DNA from: a virus
Lineage: Duplodnaviria; Caudoviricetes
Virus record (IMG/VR): IMGVR_UViG_3300021400_000095
Reading direction: 5' to 3' (one strand)
DNA: 64,000 nt
A model generated the notes under the pieces. That model did not search any database, was not told where the DNA came from, and was given only the letters and a program-made list of their open reading frames with translations. The position numbers and the translations under genes are program-made. Below are positions 1 to 9,055 of the stretch, one piece after another. How positions within the stretch are numbered: position 1 is the first letter of the stretch; each line of letters opens with the position of its first letter.

Positions 1-1598
1 AACTTGGTGGTGAAGTTGAAACCTTCCATCAAACAGTTGTACCAGGAATCATTGTAACTGATTCACTACATGCTGTTAGAAGAGCACAAGCAACAGATTC
101 AAATTTTAAGGAAGCAAACCTTAAATATTCTGCAAAATATCTTGAAACTGTTAAACCAAACAGAGTTTATGTTCCTGGTGATATTATTGATAAAACACTT
201 ATTGATGAAACACCTTCCTATGCTTTCAATAATAATGATGGTACTTGGTATAAAATATCTGAAGATAAGCCTATTAAAGAAAACTATGAAGTTGTAACAG
301 GTAAATACATTGTTGAAAGATATTTGTTTGATGACCTTCAGGAATGTAATGATGTAGAATTGAAATTGAATACAGCTAGTTTCTTACTTTCAAAAATTCT
401 TCCACTATCATTTCAAAAATGTTGTACAATGGGTACTGCTGGACAATGGAAATCTCTTATGATGGCATGGTCCTATGAAAATAATCTTGCAATTCCATTT
501 GCTGAAAATACTGGAAAATTCACAGGTGGCCTTTCAAGATTACTTAAAGTTGGTGGATGTGGACCAATTGTAAAACTTGATTATAACTCACTGTATCCTT
601 CTATTATTCTTACTTGGGCAATTGAAGATGAAAAAGATATTTCAGGTGCAACACTGAAATTCCTTAACTATATCCTTACAACAAGAGAGAAATTTAAAGG
701 AATAAAAAAATCAGCAAATAAAATTGTTGAAAAATATGAGGACAAAATTAATAGTGGTCAAACTTTAACACCTGAAGAAAATGAAGAATACCATAAAGCA
801 CTAGGCACTTTCTCAGCAGCAGATAAAACACAGAACCAAATGAAGATAATGGGTAACTCATTCTTTGGTGCATATGGGTCAAACCTTGGCTCAGTATATC
901 CTTGGAAATCTGTTAAATGTGCTGAAAGAACAACTTGTACAGGAAGACAATCACTTAGATTAATGATTTCTCATTTTACTAAGCTTGGCTATGAACCTAT
1001 TGTGGGTGATAGTTTTACACCTGATACACCAATGTTCATAAAATACAAAGATAGTGGATTAATTGATATTAAACCTATTGAAGAACTTATTAATGAGAAA
1101 GAAATAAAGATTGATGCACTTGGAAGAGAATATGATTATTCCAAAAAAGATTATTATGTTTTATGTAGAAGTGGATGGGTAGAACCTAGTTATATTTACA
1201 GGCATAAGACAGAAAAGGATATATATGAAATCACTGATGGTGAAATGAAAGTTGAAGTAACTGAAGACCATAGTTTATTTAATTCTAAACAAGAAAAGAT
1301 TAAACCAAGTGAGATTACTAATAAAACAGAATTAGAATACTATACTGAAGAAGTAAGACCTGATGGATATACAAGATATTTTGCAACACAAGCACCTCAG
1401 GCAAAACAAATGGCAATGGATTTGGCTAATGGTAAAATAGACAGAGTACCAATGAAAGTTTTAAATTATCAAGAAGTATATCAAAAAATTTTCTATGATA
1501 CATTTATTGAAAATTATAAAAATGATATTAAATATAGTAAAACTTGTCTAGCTGGTTTACAATATATTAGAAAAATGCTTATGGAAAAAAAATTTTAA
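1..1598 (+). CDS. polB: Family B DNA polymerase, N-terminal half (5' truncated by window), fused to split-intein N-part
   Basis: Frame 3 is open from base 3, so the ORF starts before the window, not at 324. ExoIII-like YLFDD, motif A DYNSLYPSII, motif B KIMGNSFFG; motif C is broken after IVGD and followed by intein sequence. Confidence 0.93.
   Translation, partial: LGGEVETFHQTVVPGIIVTDSLHAVRRAQATDSNFKEANLKYSAKYLETVKPNRVYVPGDIIDKTLIDETPSYAFNNNDGTWYKISEDKPIKENYEVVTGKYIVERYLFDDLQECNDVELKLNTASFLLSKILPLSFQKCCTMGTAGQWKSLMMAWSYENNLAIPFAENTGKFTGGLSRLLKVGGCGPIVKLDYNSLYPSIILTWAIEDEKDISGATLKFLNYILTTREKFKGIKKSANKIVEKYEDKINSGQTLTPEENEEYHKALGTFSAADKTQNQMKIMGNSFFGAYGSNLGSVYPWKSVKCAERTTCTGRQSLRLMISHFTKLGYEPIVGDSFTPDTPMFIKYKDSGLIDIKPIEELINEKEIKIDALGREYDYSKKDYYVLCRSGWVEPSYIYRHKTEKDIYEITDGEMKVEVTEDHSLFNSKQEKIKPSEITNKTELEYYTEEVRPDGYTRYFATQAPQAKQMAMDLANGKIDRVPMKVLNYQEVYQKIFYDTFIENYKNDIKYSKTCLAGLQYIRKMLMEKKF
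1011..1595 (+). other. Split intein N-part (IntN, 195 aa, Ser1)
   Basis: Starts right after ..GYEPIVGD with SFTPDTPMFI (block A), contains VTEDHSLF (block B, TxxH), and ends at a stop with no block F/G. Confidence 0.88.
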
Positions 1599-1620
1599 TA
1601 GTGCTTTTTTTGGTTCTTAT

Positions 1621-1630
1621 ACTATTTATA
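1621..1630 (+). promoter_or_regulatory. Putative phage late promoter motif (AAC/A)TATTTAT, example 1
   Basis: The motif recurs upstream of about 17 genes (see findings). Confidence 0.55.
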
Positions 1631-1641
1631 AATAAAAAAAT

Positions 1642-3366
1642 ATGTTAAAAGAAAACAGAGAAATAAAAAAAAGAAATAGATACAATACAGAAACATTTAT
1701 TGAAAAAGCAAGAAGTTTAGAACATTGTGCAAATTATGATTTTAAAAAAAGTGTTTATAAAGCATATAATAAAAAACTTGTTGTAACTTGTCATGTAAAG
1801 GATGAAAATGGTAATGAGCATGGTGATTTTTTAATTACTCCTGGTCATTTATTTGAAGGACAGGGGTGTCCTGTTTGTAGATATATTAAATCTGCAAAAT
1901 CAAAAAGAAGGACATTTGATGAACTGGTTAATGATGCAAAAAAAGTTCATGGTGATAAATATGATTATAGTTTAATAACTGATTACAAAAATGACAGGAT
2001 TAAGTACCCAATTATTTGTCCAGAACATGGTATTTTTTATCAAACAATGAACAATCATATAACAGGAAAGCAAGGTTGTCCTACTTGTGGCAGAAACCTT
2101 GCAGATGAAAAAAGAAGGTTAACAACTGAAGAATTTGTTGAGAAAGCAAGAAAAGTTCATGGAAATAAGTATGATTATTCAAAAGTAAACTATGTTACAA
2201 GTGATGAAAAAGTTTGCATAATATGTCCTGAACATGGTGAATTTTGGCAAACACCATCAAATCATTTAATGGGGCAAAGATGTCCTCAATGTGGAAACAT
2301 AAGCAGAGGAATATTAAAAAGATTAACAACTGAAGAATTTGTTGAGAAAGCAAGAAAAGTTCATGGAAACAAGTATGATTATTCAAAAGTAAACTATGTT
2401 ACAAGTGATGAAAAAGTTTGTATAATATGTCCTGAACATGGTGAATTTTGGCAAAGCACAGGTAATCATTTACAAGGAAATGGATGCCCAAAATGTGCAC
2501 CACTATATTCAAAACCAGAAAATAAAGCACTTCAATTTGTTTATGATGTTCTTGGAGAAGAAAATGTAGAAACAAGGAATAGAATAATTTTAAGAGGAAA
2601 AGAATTAGATATCTATATTCCAAGTAAAAGGATTGCAATTGAATTTGATGGGATTTTTTGGCATAATGAATTAACTAAAGACAAATATTTTCATATTAAC
2701 AAAACCATTGAATGTGAAAAGAATAACATTCATTTAATCCATATTTTTGAGGATGAATGGAAATACAAACAAGACATTATCAAATCAATGTTATTAAACA
2801 TATTTGATAAAACACCTAACAAAATTTATGCAAGGAAATGTGAAATAAGAGAAGTATCTGCACATGATGCCAGTACATTTCTTGACAATAACCATCTTCA
2901 AGGCAAATGTGGCTCATCTGTAAAATTAGGTTTATATTATAATAATGAACTTGTTTCTCTTATGTGTTTTGGTAAATCAAGACATTTTGTTGGCAATGGG
3001 AAACATCAATGGGAATTACTTAGATTTTGTAATAAGTTAAATACCAATGTTATTGGAGGTGCTAGTAAATTATTCAAGCATTTTATTGAATTGTATAATC
3101 CTGAAGAAATTGTTTCTTATGCTGACAGAAGATGGTCAACAGGAAATTTATATAATGTTTTAGGATTTAAATTATATAATAAGTCACAACCAAATTATTA
3201 TTATGTGATTGGAGATAAAAGGTATTATAGGTTTAATTTTAGGAAAAGTATTTTAGTTAAAAAATATGGCTGTCCTGAAAATGTGAGTGAGCATGAGTTT
3301 TGTCTTTCACAGCATTGGTATAGAATTTATGATTGTGGCTGTTTATGTTACAAATGGGAAAAATAA
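1642..3366 (+). CDS. Free-standing homing endonuclease-like protein (four C-x2-H/C-x2-C zinc-ribbon repeats, PD-(D/E)XK/Vsr-like nuclease, Hef-like C-terminal domain)
   Basis: Repeats of YDYS..Y....K..IICPEHGEFWQ....H..G..CP.C; ELDIYIPSKRIAIEFDGIFWH; C-terminal FLDNNHLQG..WELLRFC..SYADRRWS..RIYDCG shared with 38526-40232. Confidence 0.75.
   Translation: MLKENREIKKRNRYNTETFIEKARSLEHCANYDFKKSVYKAYNKKLVVTCHVKDENGNEHGDFLITPGHLFEGQGCPVCRYIKSAKSKRRTFDELVNDAKKVHGDKYDYSLITDYKNDRIKYPIICPEHGIFYQTMNNHITGKQGCPTCGRNLADEKRRLTTEEFVEKARKVHGNKYDYSKVNYVTSDEKVCIICPEHGEFWQTPSNHLMGQRCPQCGNISRGILKRLTTEEFVEKARKVHGNKYDYSKVNYVTSDEKVCIICPEHGEFWQSTGNHLQGNGCPKCAPLYSKPENKALQFVYDVLGEENVETRNRIILRGKELDIYIPSKRIAIEFDGIFWHNELTKDKYFHINKTIECEKNNIHLIHIFEDEWKYKQDIIKSMLLNIFDKTPNKIYARKCEIREVSAHDASTFLDNNHLQGKCGSSVKLGLYYNNELVSLMCFGKSRHFVGNGKHQWELLRFCNKLNTNVIGGASKLFKHFIELYNPEEIVSYADRRWSTGNLYNVLGFKLYNKSQPNYYYVIGDKRYYRFNFRKSILVKKYGCPENVSEHEFCLSQHWYRIYDCGCLCYKWEK
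2119..2455 (+). repeat. Recent tandem duplication (133 bp near-identical unit, 204 bp period) in endonuclease zinc-ribbon repeats
   Basis: 2119-2251 and 2323-2455 differ only at two synonymous positions as read by eye. Confidence 0.9.
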
Positions 3367-3391
3367 TATGTTTATATAAAATGATAAAATA

Positions 3392-4279
3392 ATGAAAAAA
3401 ATAATATTAGATGAACAAACTAAGAATGAATTAAAGAACATAATTAATGAAGAACTAACTATTAACAATGAGATTAATCTTCTAACAACTTCAATTTATT
3501 CTGAAATAAAAAAGAACATTAAAAATGTAAAATATTCACCATTAAAACAAGATGTTTCTTTTGGTATATTACATTTAAAAAATATAAACATATTTGGATT
3601 AAAATTCAGTATTAAAATTACTATATACAACACAAATAAAAAAGAATCTTATAAGCAAATGTGTGAAGAATATGATTGTTATAATGGATATACTAATTTT
3701 ACAGATAATATTATTAACATAAATATTGGTGTCCTCAGTGGGTCAAGATATATTGATTTTGAAGGTATTCTGCAACATGAAATTGAACATGTTTTCCAAT
3801 ATACCAAAAAGAATAATCAAATAAACACAAAAATAGGCCAAAGCATTTATAAAAAGGCTTTCAACATAATCCAAAACTCTGACAATTATAACAAATATCA
3901 GTTTTATTGTGCATATCTAATTTATTGTTTGTCAGATAATGAGGTAGATGCTTTTGTTAATCAACTTTATAGGGATATTGTAAATGGAAATGCTTTAAAT
4001 GATGAACCTATTATACAAAACTCCACTATAATGCAAAATTATTTGAATTGCAAAAAAATATTAAATAATCTTGATATTAATAATAGATTTTATCAAATGG
4101 CACTTATGTCAATAGGTTTTGATACTGAGAAAAAACAAAAACAATTTATCAAATATTGTAACAATGCTCTTAAAAGAATGATAAACAAAATTGGTAAAAC
4201 TATTGTAAAAGCAAGAAAAGATTTAATTGAAAAAAAAGATGTTGCTGTGCAACTTAATAATTTGAAAATTGAAAATTAA
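3392..4279 (+). CDS. HExxH zincin-like metallopeptidase with leader helix; paralog of 44009-44824
   Basis: GILQHEIEHVFQ..EVDAFVNQLY; N-terminus MKKIILDEQTKNELKNIINEE. Confidence 0.55.
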   Translation: MKKIILDEQTKNELKNIINEELTINNEINLLTTSIYSEIKKNIKNVKYSPLKQDVSFGILHLKNINIFGLKFSIKITIYNTNKKESYKQMCEEYDCYNGYTNFTDNIININIGVLSGSRYIDFEGILQHEIEHVFQYTKKNNQINTKIGQSIYKKAFNIIQNSDNYNKYQFYCAYLIYCLSDNEVDAFVNQLYRDIVNGNALNDEPIIQNSTIMQNYLNCKKILNNLDINNRFYQMALMSIGFDTEKKQKQFIKYCNNALKRMINKIGKTIVKARKDLIEKKDVAVQLNNLKIEN

Positions 4280-4291
4280 TTTATATATTTA
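4261..4291 (+). promoter_or_regulatory. Bacteroidota-type promoter variant for the polB C-half
   Basis: TTTG(4261-64)-N19-TATATTTA(4284-91), one mismatch to TAnnTTTG. Confidence 0.45.
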
Positions 4292-4307
4292 CAAAAAATT
4301 TAATGTG

Positions 4308-4406
4308 ATGAAAATTTTAAATAAAGGTAAATGTTTAGATTATGTATATGATATATCATTAGATGGCACTGTAGTTAATGCATTGGGTATGAATATCTTA
4401 TCAAAT
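4308..4406 (+). other. Split intein C-part (IntC, 33 aa, terminal Ser-Asn, Thr+1)
   Basis: DYVYDISL (block F) and NILSN|TDG (block G with terminal Asn; penultimate Ser instead of His). Confidence 0.87.
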
Positions 4407-5894
4407 ACCGATGGGTTCAATTTCAAATTGCCTGATGAATCAAAATACAGATATACTAAAGAGCATCCATATGTCAGTACAGGTCTTTCAAGGGAAACTA
4501 AAAAAGATAAAGAATATGTTGGTTATGAAGCAGATGTTGCTGAATTTAATGACCAATATATGTGTGACATGCATTATGATGATAAAGCTGTTAACAAAAT
4601 GGGACTTGGCATAGACGAAATACTTAATTTCTCCTGCAACATTTCAAGAAAGAACTATTTGGATTATTTTCCAGAAAAGCCATATCCAAAGGATGTTAAG
4701 ATTGTTGGTAATACTTTAAAGTCAAAAAAATTGCCAATATATATACAGAATTTCATGGATAAGGGATTCAGATTGTTGTTACAGAATAAGGGTAGTGAAT
4801 TTCTTGAAGAGTATTACAATTATATTGAAAAGATTTACAATTTTAAGATACCACTTAAGGACATTGCCAGTAAAGGAAAGGTAAAGAAATCAATTGAGGA
4901 TTACATTGCTGATTGTGAAACAGTGACAAAGGCTGGAAATAAGAAATCAAGGCAAGCATGGATGGAGTTAGCAATTAAGAACAATGTAAAAGTTGATTTA
5001 GGTGAAACATTATATTATATAAACACAGGGACAAAGAAGTCACATTCTGATGTTAAGAGAATTACACATTATAATATGACTGATGATAGTGGTGAAATAA
5101 AAGATATAAAGACACAATTGGACAGAGAGTGGAAGAAAGCAGAAGATGGTAAAGCAGGTGTCAAGAAATCATTGAAATTTGATGAATGGGTAAAGAAACA
5201 TTATCCAAATGTAAAAATTAAGGATGAAATTGTTCTATGTGCTGAGTTATTACCAAGAGAAATTGTTGAATCAGATAAGGACTTTTATTGTGAAGAAGGA
5301 AAAGAATATAATGTTGAAAAGTACATTGACCAGTTCAATAAAAGAATTACACCACTATTAGTTTGTTTTTCAAAGGAAATCAGGTCAAAGATATTGATTA
5401 ATAAGCCAAATGAAAGGCAATATTTTACTGAAGAACAGACTGTTCTAACTTCAGGTGAGCCAAACAAGGAAGGAGACCAGGACACATATGAACAACTTAT
5501 GACAATGGAAGATAAGGAAATTAAGTTTTGGCTTGACCATCCTGAATGGAAGATTCCATTCTTAAAGGAATGTGATATGGATTGGGAAAAAATCAAGACA
5601 GATTATCTTGAAAGAAAAGAGAAGGAAAGACAATTTGGTATTGACAAAATTAGGGAAGAATTTGACAATGCAATTAACAATTTAACTCCTGAAGAAATTG
5701 AGAAGATTGATGATGGAAAGATACCAGCAAGTATTGAAAAAATTGCAGACATTGACCCATTGACTTTTAATTTTGTTAGTAAAATAGATAATAGTGTTGT
5801 TCTTGGTACTATTTATGATATCATAGATGCACAAACATATCAACAGGAAAAGAAAAGTTCTACAATGGAATATGTTCTTGAAAATAATAGTTAA
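4308..5894 (+). CDS. polB: Split-intein C-part fused to family B DNA polymerase C-terminal half
   Basis: ATG at 4308; first 33 aa are intein-like, then TDG completes motif C; SRKNY, KIVGNTLKS, YYINTG and YIDQFNKRI fit the PolB palm/thumb. Confidence 0.9.
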   Translation: MKILNKGKCLDYVYDISLDGTVVNALGMNILSNTDGFNFKLPDESKYRYTKEHPYVSTGLSRETKKDKEYVGYEADVAEFNDQYMCDMHYDDKAVNKMGLGIDEILNFSCNISRKNYLDYFPEKPYPKDVKIVGNTLKSKKLPIYIQNFMDKGFRLLLQNKGSEFLEEYYNYIEKIYNFKIPLKDIASKGKVKKSIEDYIADCETVTKAGNKKSRQAWMELAIKNNVKVDLGETLYYINTGTKKSHSDVKRITHYNMTDDSGEIKDIKTQLDREWKKAEDGKAGVKKSLKFDEWVKKHYPNVKIKDEIVLCAELLPREIVESDKDFYCEEGKEYNVEKYIDQFNKRITPLLVCFSKEIRSKILINKPNERQYFTEEQTVLTSGEPNKEGDQDTYEQLMTMEDKEIKFWLDHPEWKIPFLKECDMDWEKIKTDYLERKEKERQFGIDKIREEFDNAINNLTPEEIEKIDDGKIPASIEKIADIDPLTFNFVSKIDNSVVLGTIYDIIDAQTYQQEKKSSTMEYVLENNS

Positions 5895-5928
5895 AAAAAA
5901 GACTAAGTTTAATTACTTAGTCTTTTTT
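5894..5928. terminator. Bidirectional intrinsic terminator
   Basis: A-tract, gactaag..cttagtc stem, T-tract between convergent genes. Confidence 0.75.
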
Positions 5929-6521
5929 CTATCTTTAATATTTCCATCAAATTCAAGTTGAGCAGTAAAGATATTTCCTTTATTATCAACCAATTTAATT
6001 TTTCCTTCAGACAAGCCTATTTGTTTAAGACTTGCACTTTCATTAAGTGGTTGTTTTGAAAAATAATCTGAAATACATTCTTTAACAATTGCTTTTATTA
6101 TAGTATAATCAATACCAGCAGAAGTTGAACCATATTGTTGAACAGGTATTGATTTTTGTGAAGACATTTCAGTGATTTGTTGTTTTTTTGGTGATGGTTG
6201 TACCATTGATAAAGCATTACTCAATGATGCATCTTCTCCAACATTAATTGGATTGCTTTGCATTGATTCAAGGATTTCTTTTGGCATGTTGCTATTTTGG
6301 AAAGCATTAGGTGAATAAGCATTTATATTAGGTACATATGGTTTATCTTCTGATTCTGAAAGTCTGAAATTATCCCATTCATCAGAAAATGTATTAGGGT
6401 CAACATCTGTAGCCATTTGTGATTTTCCTACATGTTTATTAACAAGTTTATCACCATTTTCATTACATAATTGTCTTGACCTATTTAAAACTTGTGCTAA
6501 TTGTTCTGGTGTAAGTGCCAT
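5913..6521 (-). CDS. Hypothetical protein
   Basis: 202-aa ORF in a late-motif operon; contains LSE/ITE/LNE sites. Confidence 0.6.
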   Translation of the reverse strand: MALTPEQLAQVLNRSRQLCNENGDKLVNKHVGKSQMATDVDPNTFSDEWDNFRLSESEDKPYVPNINAYSPNAFQNSNMPKEILESMQSNPINVGEDASLSNALSMVQPSPKKQQITEMSSQKSIPVQQYGSTSAGIDYTIIKAIVKECISDYFSKQPLNESASLKQIGLSEGKIKLVDNKGNIFTAQLEFDGNIKDRKKTK

Positions 6522-6522
6522 T

Positions 6523-7413
6523 TTATTCTTCTTTATATAAATTATTCATTCTATTCATCATGTCATTATATGATTTTGTTAGTTCATTGTCTTTAACATT
6601 ACTAACATCATCATGTGTAACAGGTTCATCTGTTTGTTTTGGAATAGAATTATTTTCTTGTTTTTCACCTGTTTCTTCACCATTATTTATTTCTTGTTTT
6701 GTAACTGGTTTTGCATCAGGTGCAGTCATTAAGTTATTATTAATATCAGTTTTTTGTTCAGTATTGTCAATAGGATTTTCTTTTTTCCCAAGCATATTTT
6801 GAACTTTTTGTCCAAGATTACTATTTTTAATTCTTGAAATTAAATTGTTAATAATTTGTTTTGCAGAATATTTACTATTTGTTTGTGTTTTAGGGGTTTC
6901 CTCAACATCAATATTTTTAACATCATCTTTTGTTATTGGTTTATCATCAATCTCAATTTCTTTTTCATTACTGAAATCATTATTTTTCAATTTATTTTGT
7001 TTATGAATATATCTTGCATTACCAATTGGAGCAATGTTATAGATAACTGACATTGAGTCATCACCTGTTTCTGATGAACCATTTGACATAAAACCTTCAA
7101 GAGAATCACCATCAAATTTATTTTTCATATCAATGTTCCAAGATTTAATTCTGTCAACCCTGAAATATTTCCATTTTGGAATACCTCTTTTTGTATCACC
7201 ACTTGGTTGGAAAGCCCTGACAACAGGATTATTTGCTGTTGTTAAACCATATGCAACAGGGTATATAGTTCTTGGTCCTTTCCCTTTACCACCTTTTTGG
7301 TCATCATATACAATAGAAACCGGGTGCATCCCACTGATTGCTTTATTAATCTTTGTATTGGATACACTCTCTAATAAAATTGTTTCTTTATATATTTGTT
7401 CAAATAAATCCAT
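6523..7413 (-). CDS. WYL-like domain protein with low-complexity tail
   Basis: VSIVY..PRTIYPVAYG..VVRAFQ..WKYFRVDRIKSW fits the WYL domain pattern. Confidence 0.65.
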   Translation of the reverse strand: MDLFEQIYKETILLESVSNTKINKAISGMHPVSIVYDDQKGGKGKGPRTIYPVAYGLTTANNPVVRAFQPSGDTKRGIPKWKYFRVDRIKSWNIDMKNKFDGDSLEGFMSNGSSETGDDSMSVIYNIAPIGNARYIHKQNKLKNNDFSNEKEIEIDDKPITKDDVKNIDVEETPKTQTNSKYSAKQIINNLISRIKNSNLGQKVQNMLGKKENPIDNTEQKTDINNNLMTAPDAKPVTKQEINNGEETGEKQENNSIPKQTDEPVTHDDVSNVKDNELTKSYNDMMNRMNNLYKEE

Positions 7414-7799
7414 TACTTAACAATAATTTGACCATCTTCAACATTTGCTGTTGTGTCAACTGAATTTACACCATACTCATTTTCTTCATTGTAAATGCTG
7501 ATGTTTTTTAAAAAGGTTCTACCACCAACACCATTTCTACCATTAATATCATATGAACCACCAATATTCTCAGCCTTTGTATCAAAGTTTGAATAATCCA
7601 TCATAGATTTTGGTAAATCACAATTTGGTACACTATGGGTATGACCACCATGACCTGAACCTTTACCTTGTGGGTCACCATCACTTAATGCATCTTTGTG
7701 GGTTTGTGAATATTCATCATATCTTGTATAATCATTTCTTACAAGTTCTTCCTGTCTTCTTTCAAGACCAGTTTTTTCAAGACATGTTTGTTTTGCCAT
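7413..7799 (-). CDS. Hypothetical (probable virion) protein
   Basis: 128-aa Gly/His-rich ORF coupled to the next gene. Confidence 0.55.
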   Translation of the reverse strand: MAKQTCLEKTGLERRQEELVRNDYTRYDEYSQTHKDALSDGDPQGKGSGHGGHTHSVPNCDLPKSMMDYSNFDTKAENIGGSYDINGRNGVGGRTFLKNISIYNEENEYGVNSVDTTANVEDGQIIVK

Positions 7800-7807
7800 A
7801 ATTTTAT

Positions 7808-8950
7808 TTATTTTTTATAATCATCTTTTATTTTATCTCTTAATTGTTGTTTTGCATCATCAGACCATTTTGAATAATATGGATTGTTAAATGCTAAATC
7901 CTGTGCATCTTTTGACCTCCACCTATAAAAATCATTATGTTTCCCTTTAAATGGTTTATTTTTATCTCTTTCCTGTTTCTTATCAAATAAATTTTTAAAT
8001 GTGTTTGGTTCATTCATTCTATCTTTATAATAATTAGCATTTTTAACTAATAAAAGAACAAATTTCCCATCACCAAGTTTAACATAATCAATATCATCAC
8101 CAGGAACAAAACCATATTGTTTATTTTGCCTTATATCTTTTCTTACTCTTTCCAAATCACTATAATCAACAACACCAATAACATTTTCATCTGATATGTT
8201 ATGTAAATCAGCATTTGTCATAGGATAATTCTTATGTAGCCAAGGTGTTTGCTTTTCAATACCACCATGCTTTTGTAAAATGTTTAAAAGTTTTTTACTG
8301 TTAATTGACTTTCCTTCCTTAACAATACTTTCATATGTTATAACTTGTTTAGTAGGATTTAAGTCATTCTTACTTCCACCTGATTTTTGATAAACATTTT
8401 GTTCCCCCCTATTAAATTGTGACCTCTTAATGTTAGCATCATTTGCCATTGCATTGTTGTATTGGGTCTCAATTTGTTTTAAATTTGGATTGTTTTTCTC
8501 CATTGTTTTCATTGTGGAAATACCTTGTTGCTTAATTGTTGGGTCATTGCTTTGTGCTTTCTTCTTTGCAGCACCATATCTCCACTTTAATGTTGATGCA
8601 TTTGTATTTGAAACCCTGTTTTTATTATCACCATATGTTCTATTAACTAAGTTCTGATTATCTTCAAATATCTTATTCTCCCAATCAAATTTCTTTGTCT
8701 CAACATATATTGGTGTTTGTACACTAATGTTTCTGTTTAATCCATAAAAACTACTATCCCTTCTCATCTGTTTTGCAAGTTTATCAGTTGTTAATGGCTT
8801 TGCATCACCATTTTCAGTCTTGTCACCAGTGTAAACATAATTTGCCCCATCAAATTCATTGAAATCTGACCCAACATTATCTAAATATGCTGTGTTACAC
8901 CCAACAATCTCATCCAACTGCTTCTGTGTTAAAATAACCCTTTTTGACAT
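7808..8950 (-). CDS. Hypothetical protein with leader helix
   Basis: MSKRVILTQKQLDEI; TATTTAT motif upstream. Confidence 0.6.
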   Translation of the reverse strand: MSKRVILTQKQLDEIVGCNTAYLDNVGSDFNEFDGANYVYTGDKTENGDAKPLTTDKLAKQMRRDSSFYGLNRNISVQTPIYVETKKFDWENKIFEDNQNLVNRTYGDNKNRVSNTNASTLKWRYGAAKKKAQSNDPTIKQQGISTMKTMEKNNPNLKQIETQYNNAMANDANIKRSQFNRGEQNVYQKSGGSKNDLNPTKQVITYESIVKEGKSINSKKLLNILQKHGGIEKQTPWLHKNYPMTNADLHNISDENVIGVVDYSDLERVRKDIRQNKQYGFVPGDDIDYVKLGDGKFVLLLVKNANYYKDRMNEPNTFKNLFDKKQERDKNKPFKGKHNDFYRWRSKDAQDLAFNNPYYSKWSDDAKQQLRDKIKDDYKK

Positions 8951-9055
8951 ATATCATAGTAATTTATATATAAATATCTTATTAATTTAATTTCTATCTA
9001 AAAAATATTGACAATAATATCCATAAACATATTTTTTAAGAAAAATAAGTTTTTT

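Noticed and set aside
70-297. Short ORF 70-297 and the many antisense or nested ORFs in the track
   Set aside because: They are shadows of longer motif-bearing genes; 70-297 lies inside the polB frame that is open from base 3.
1599-4307. Group I intron interrupting polB
   Set aside because: Both flanks carry protein-level intein blocks, and the spacers are short and AT-rich with no room for a ribozyme core.
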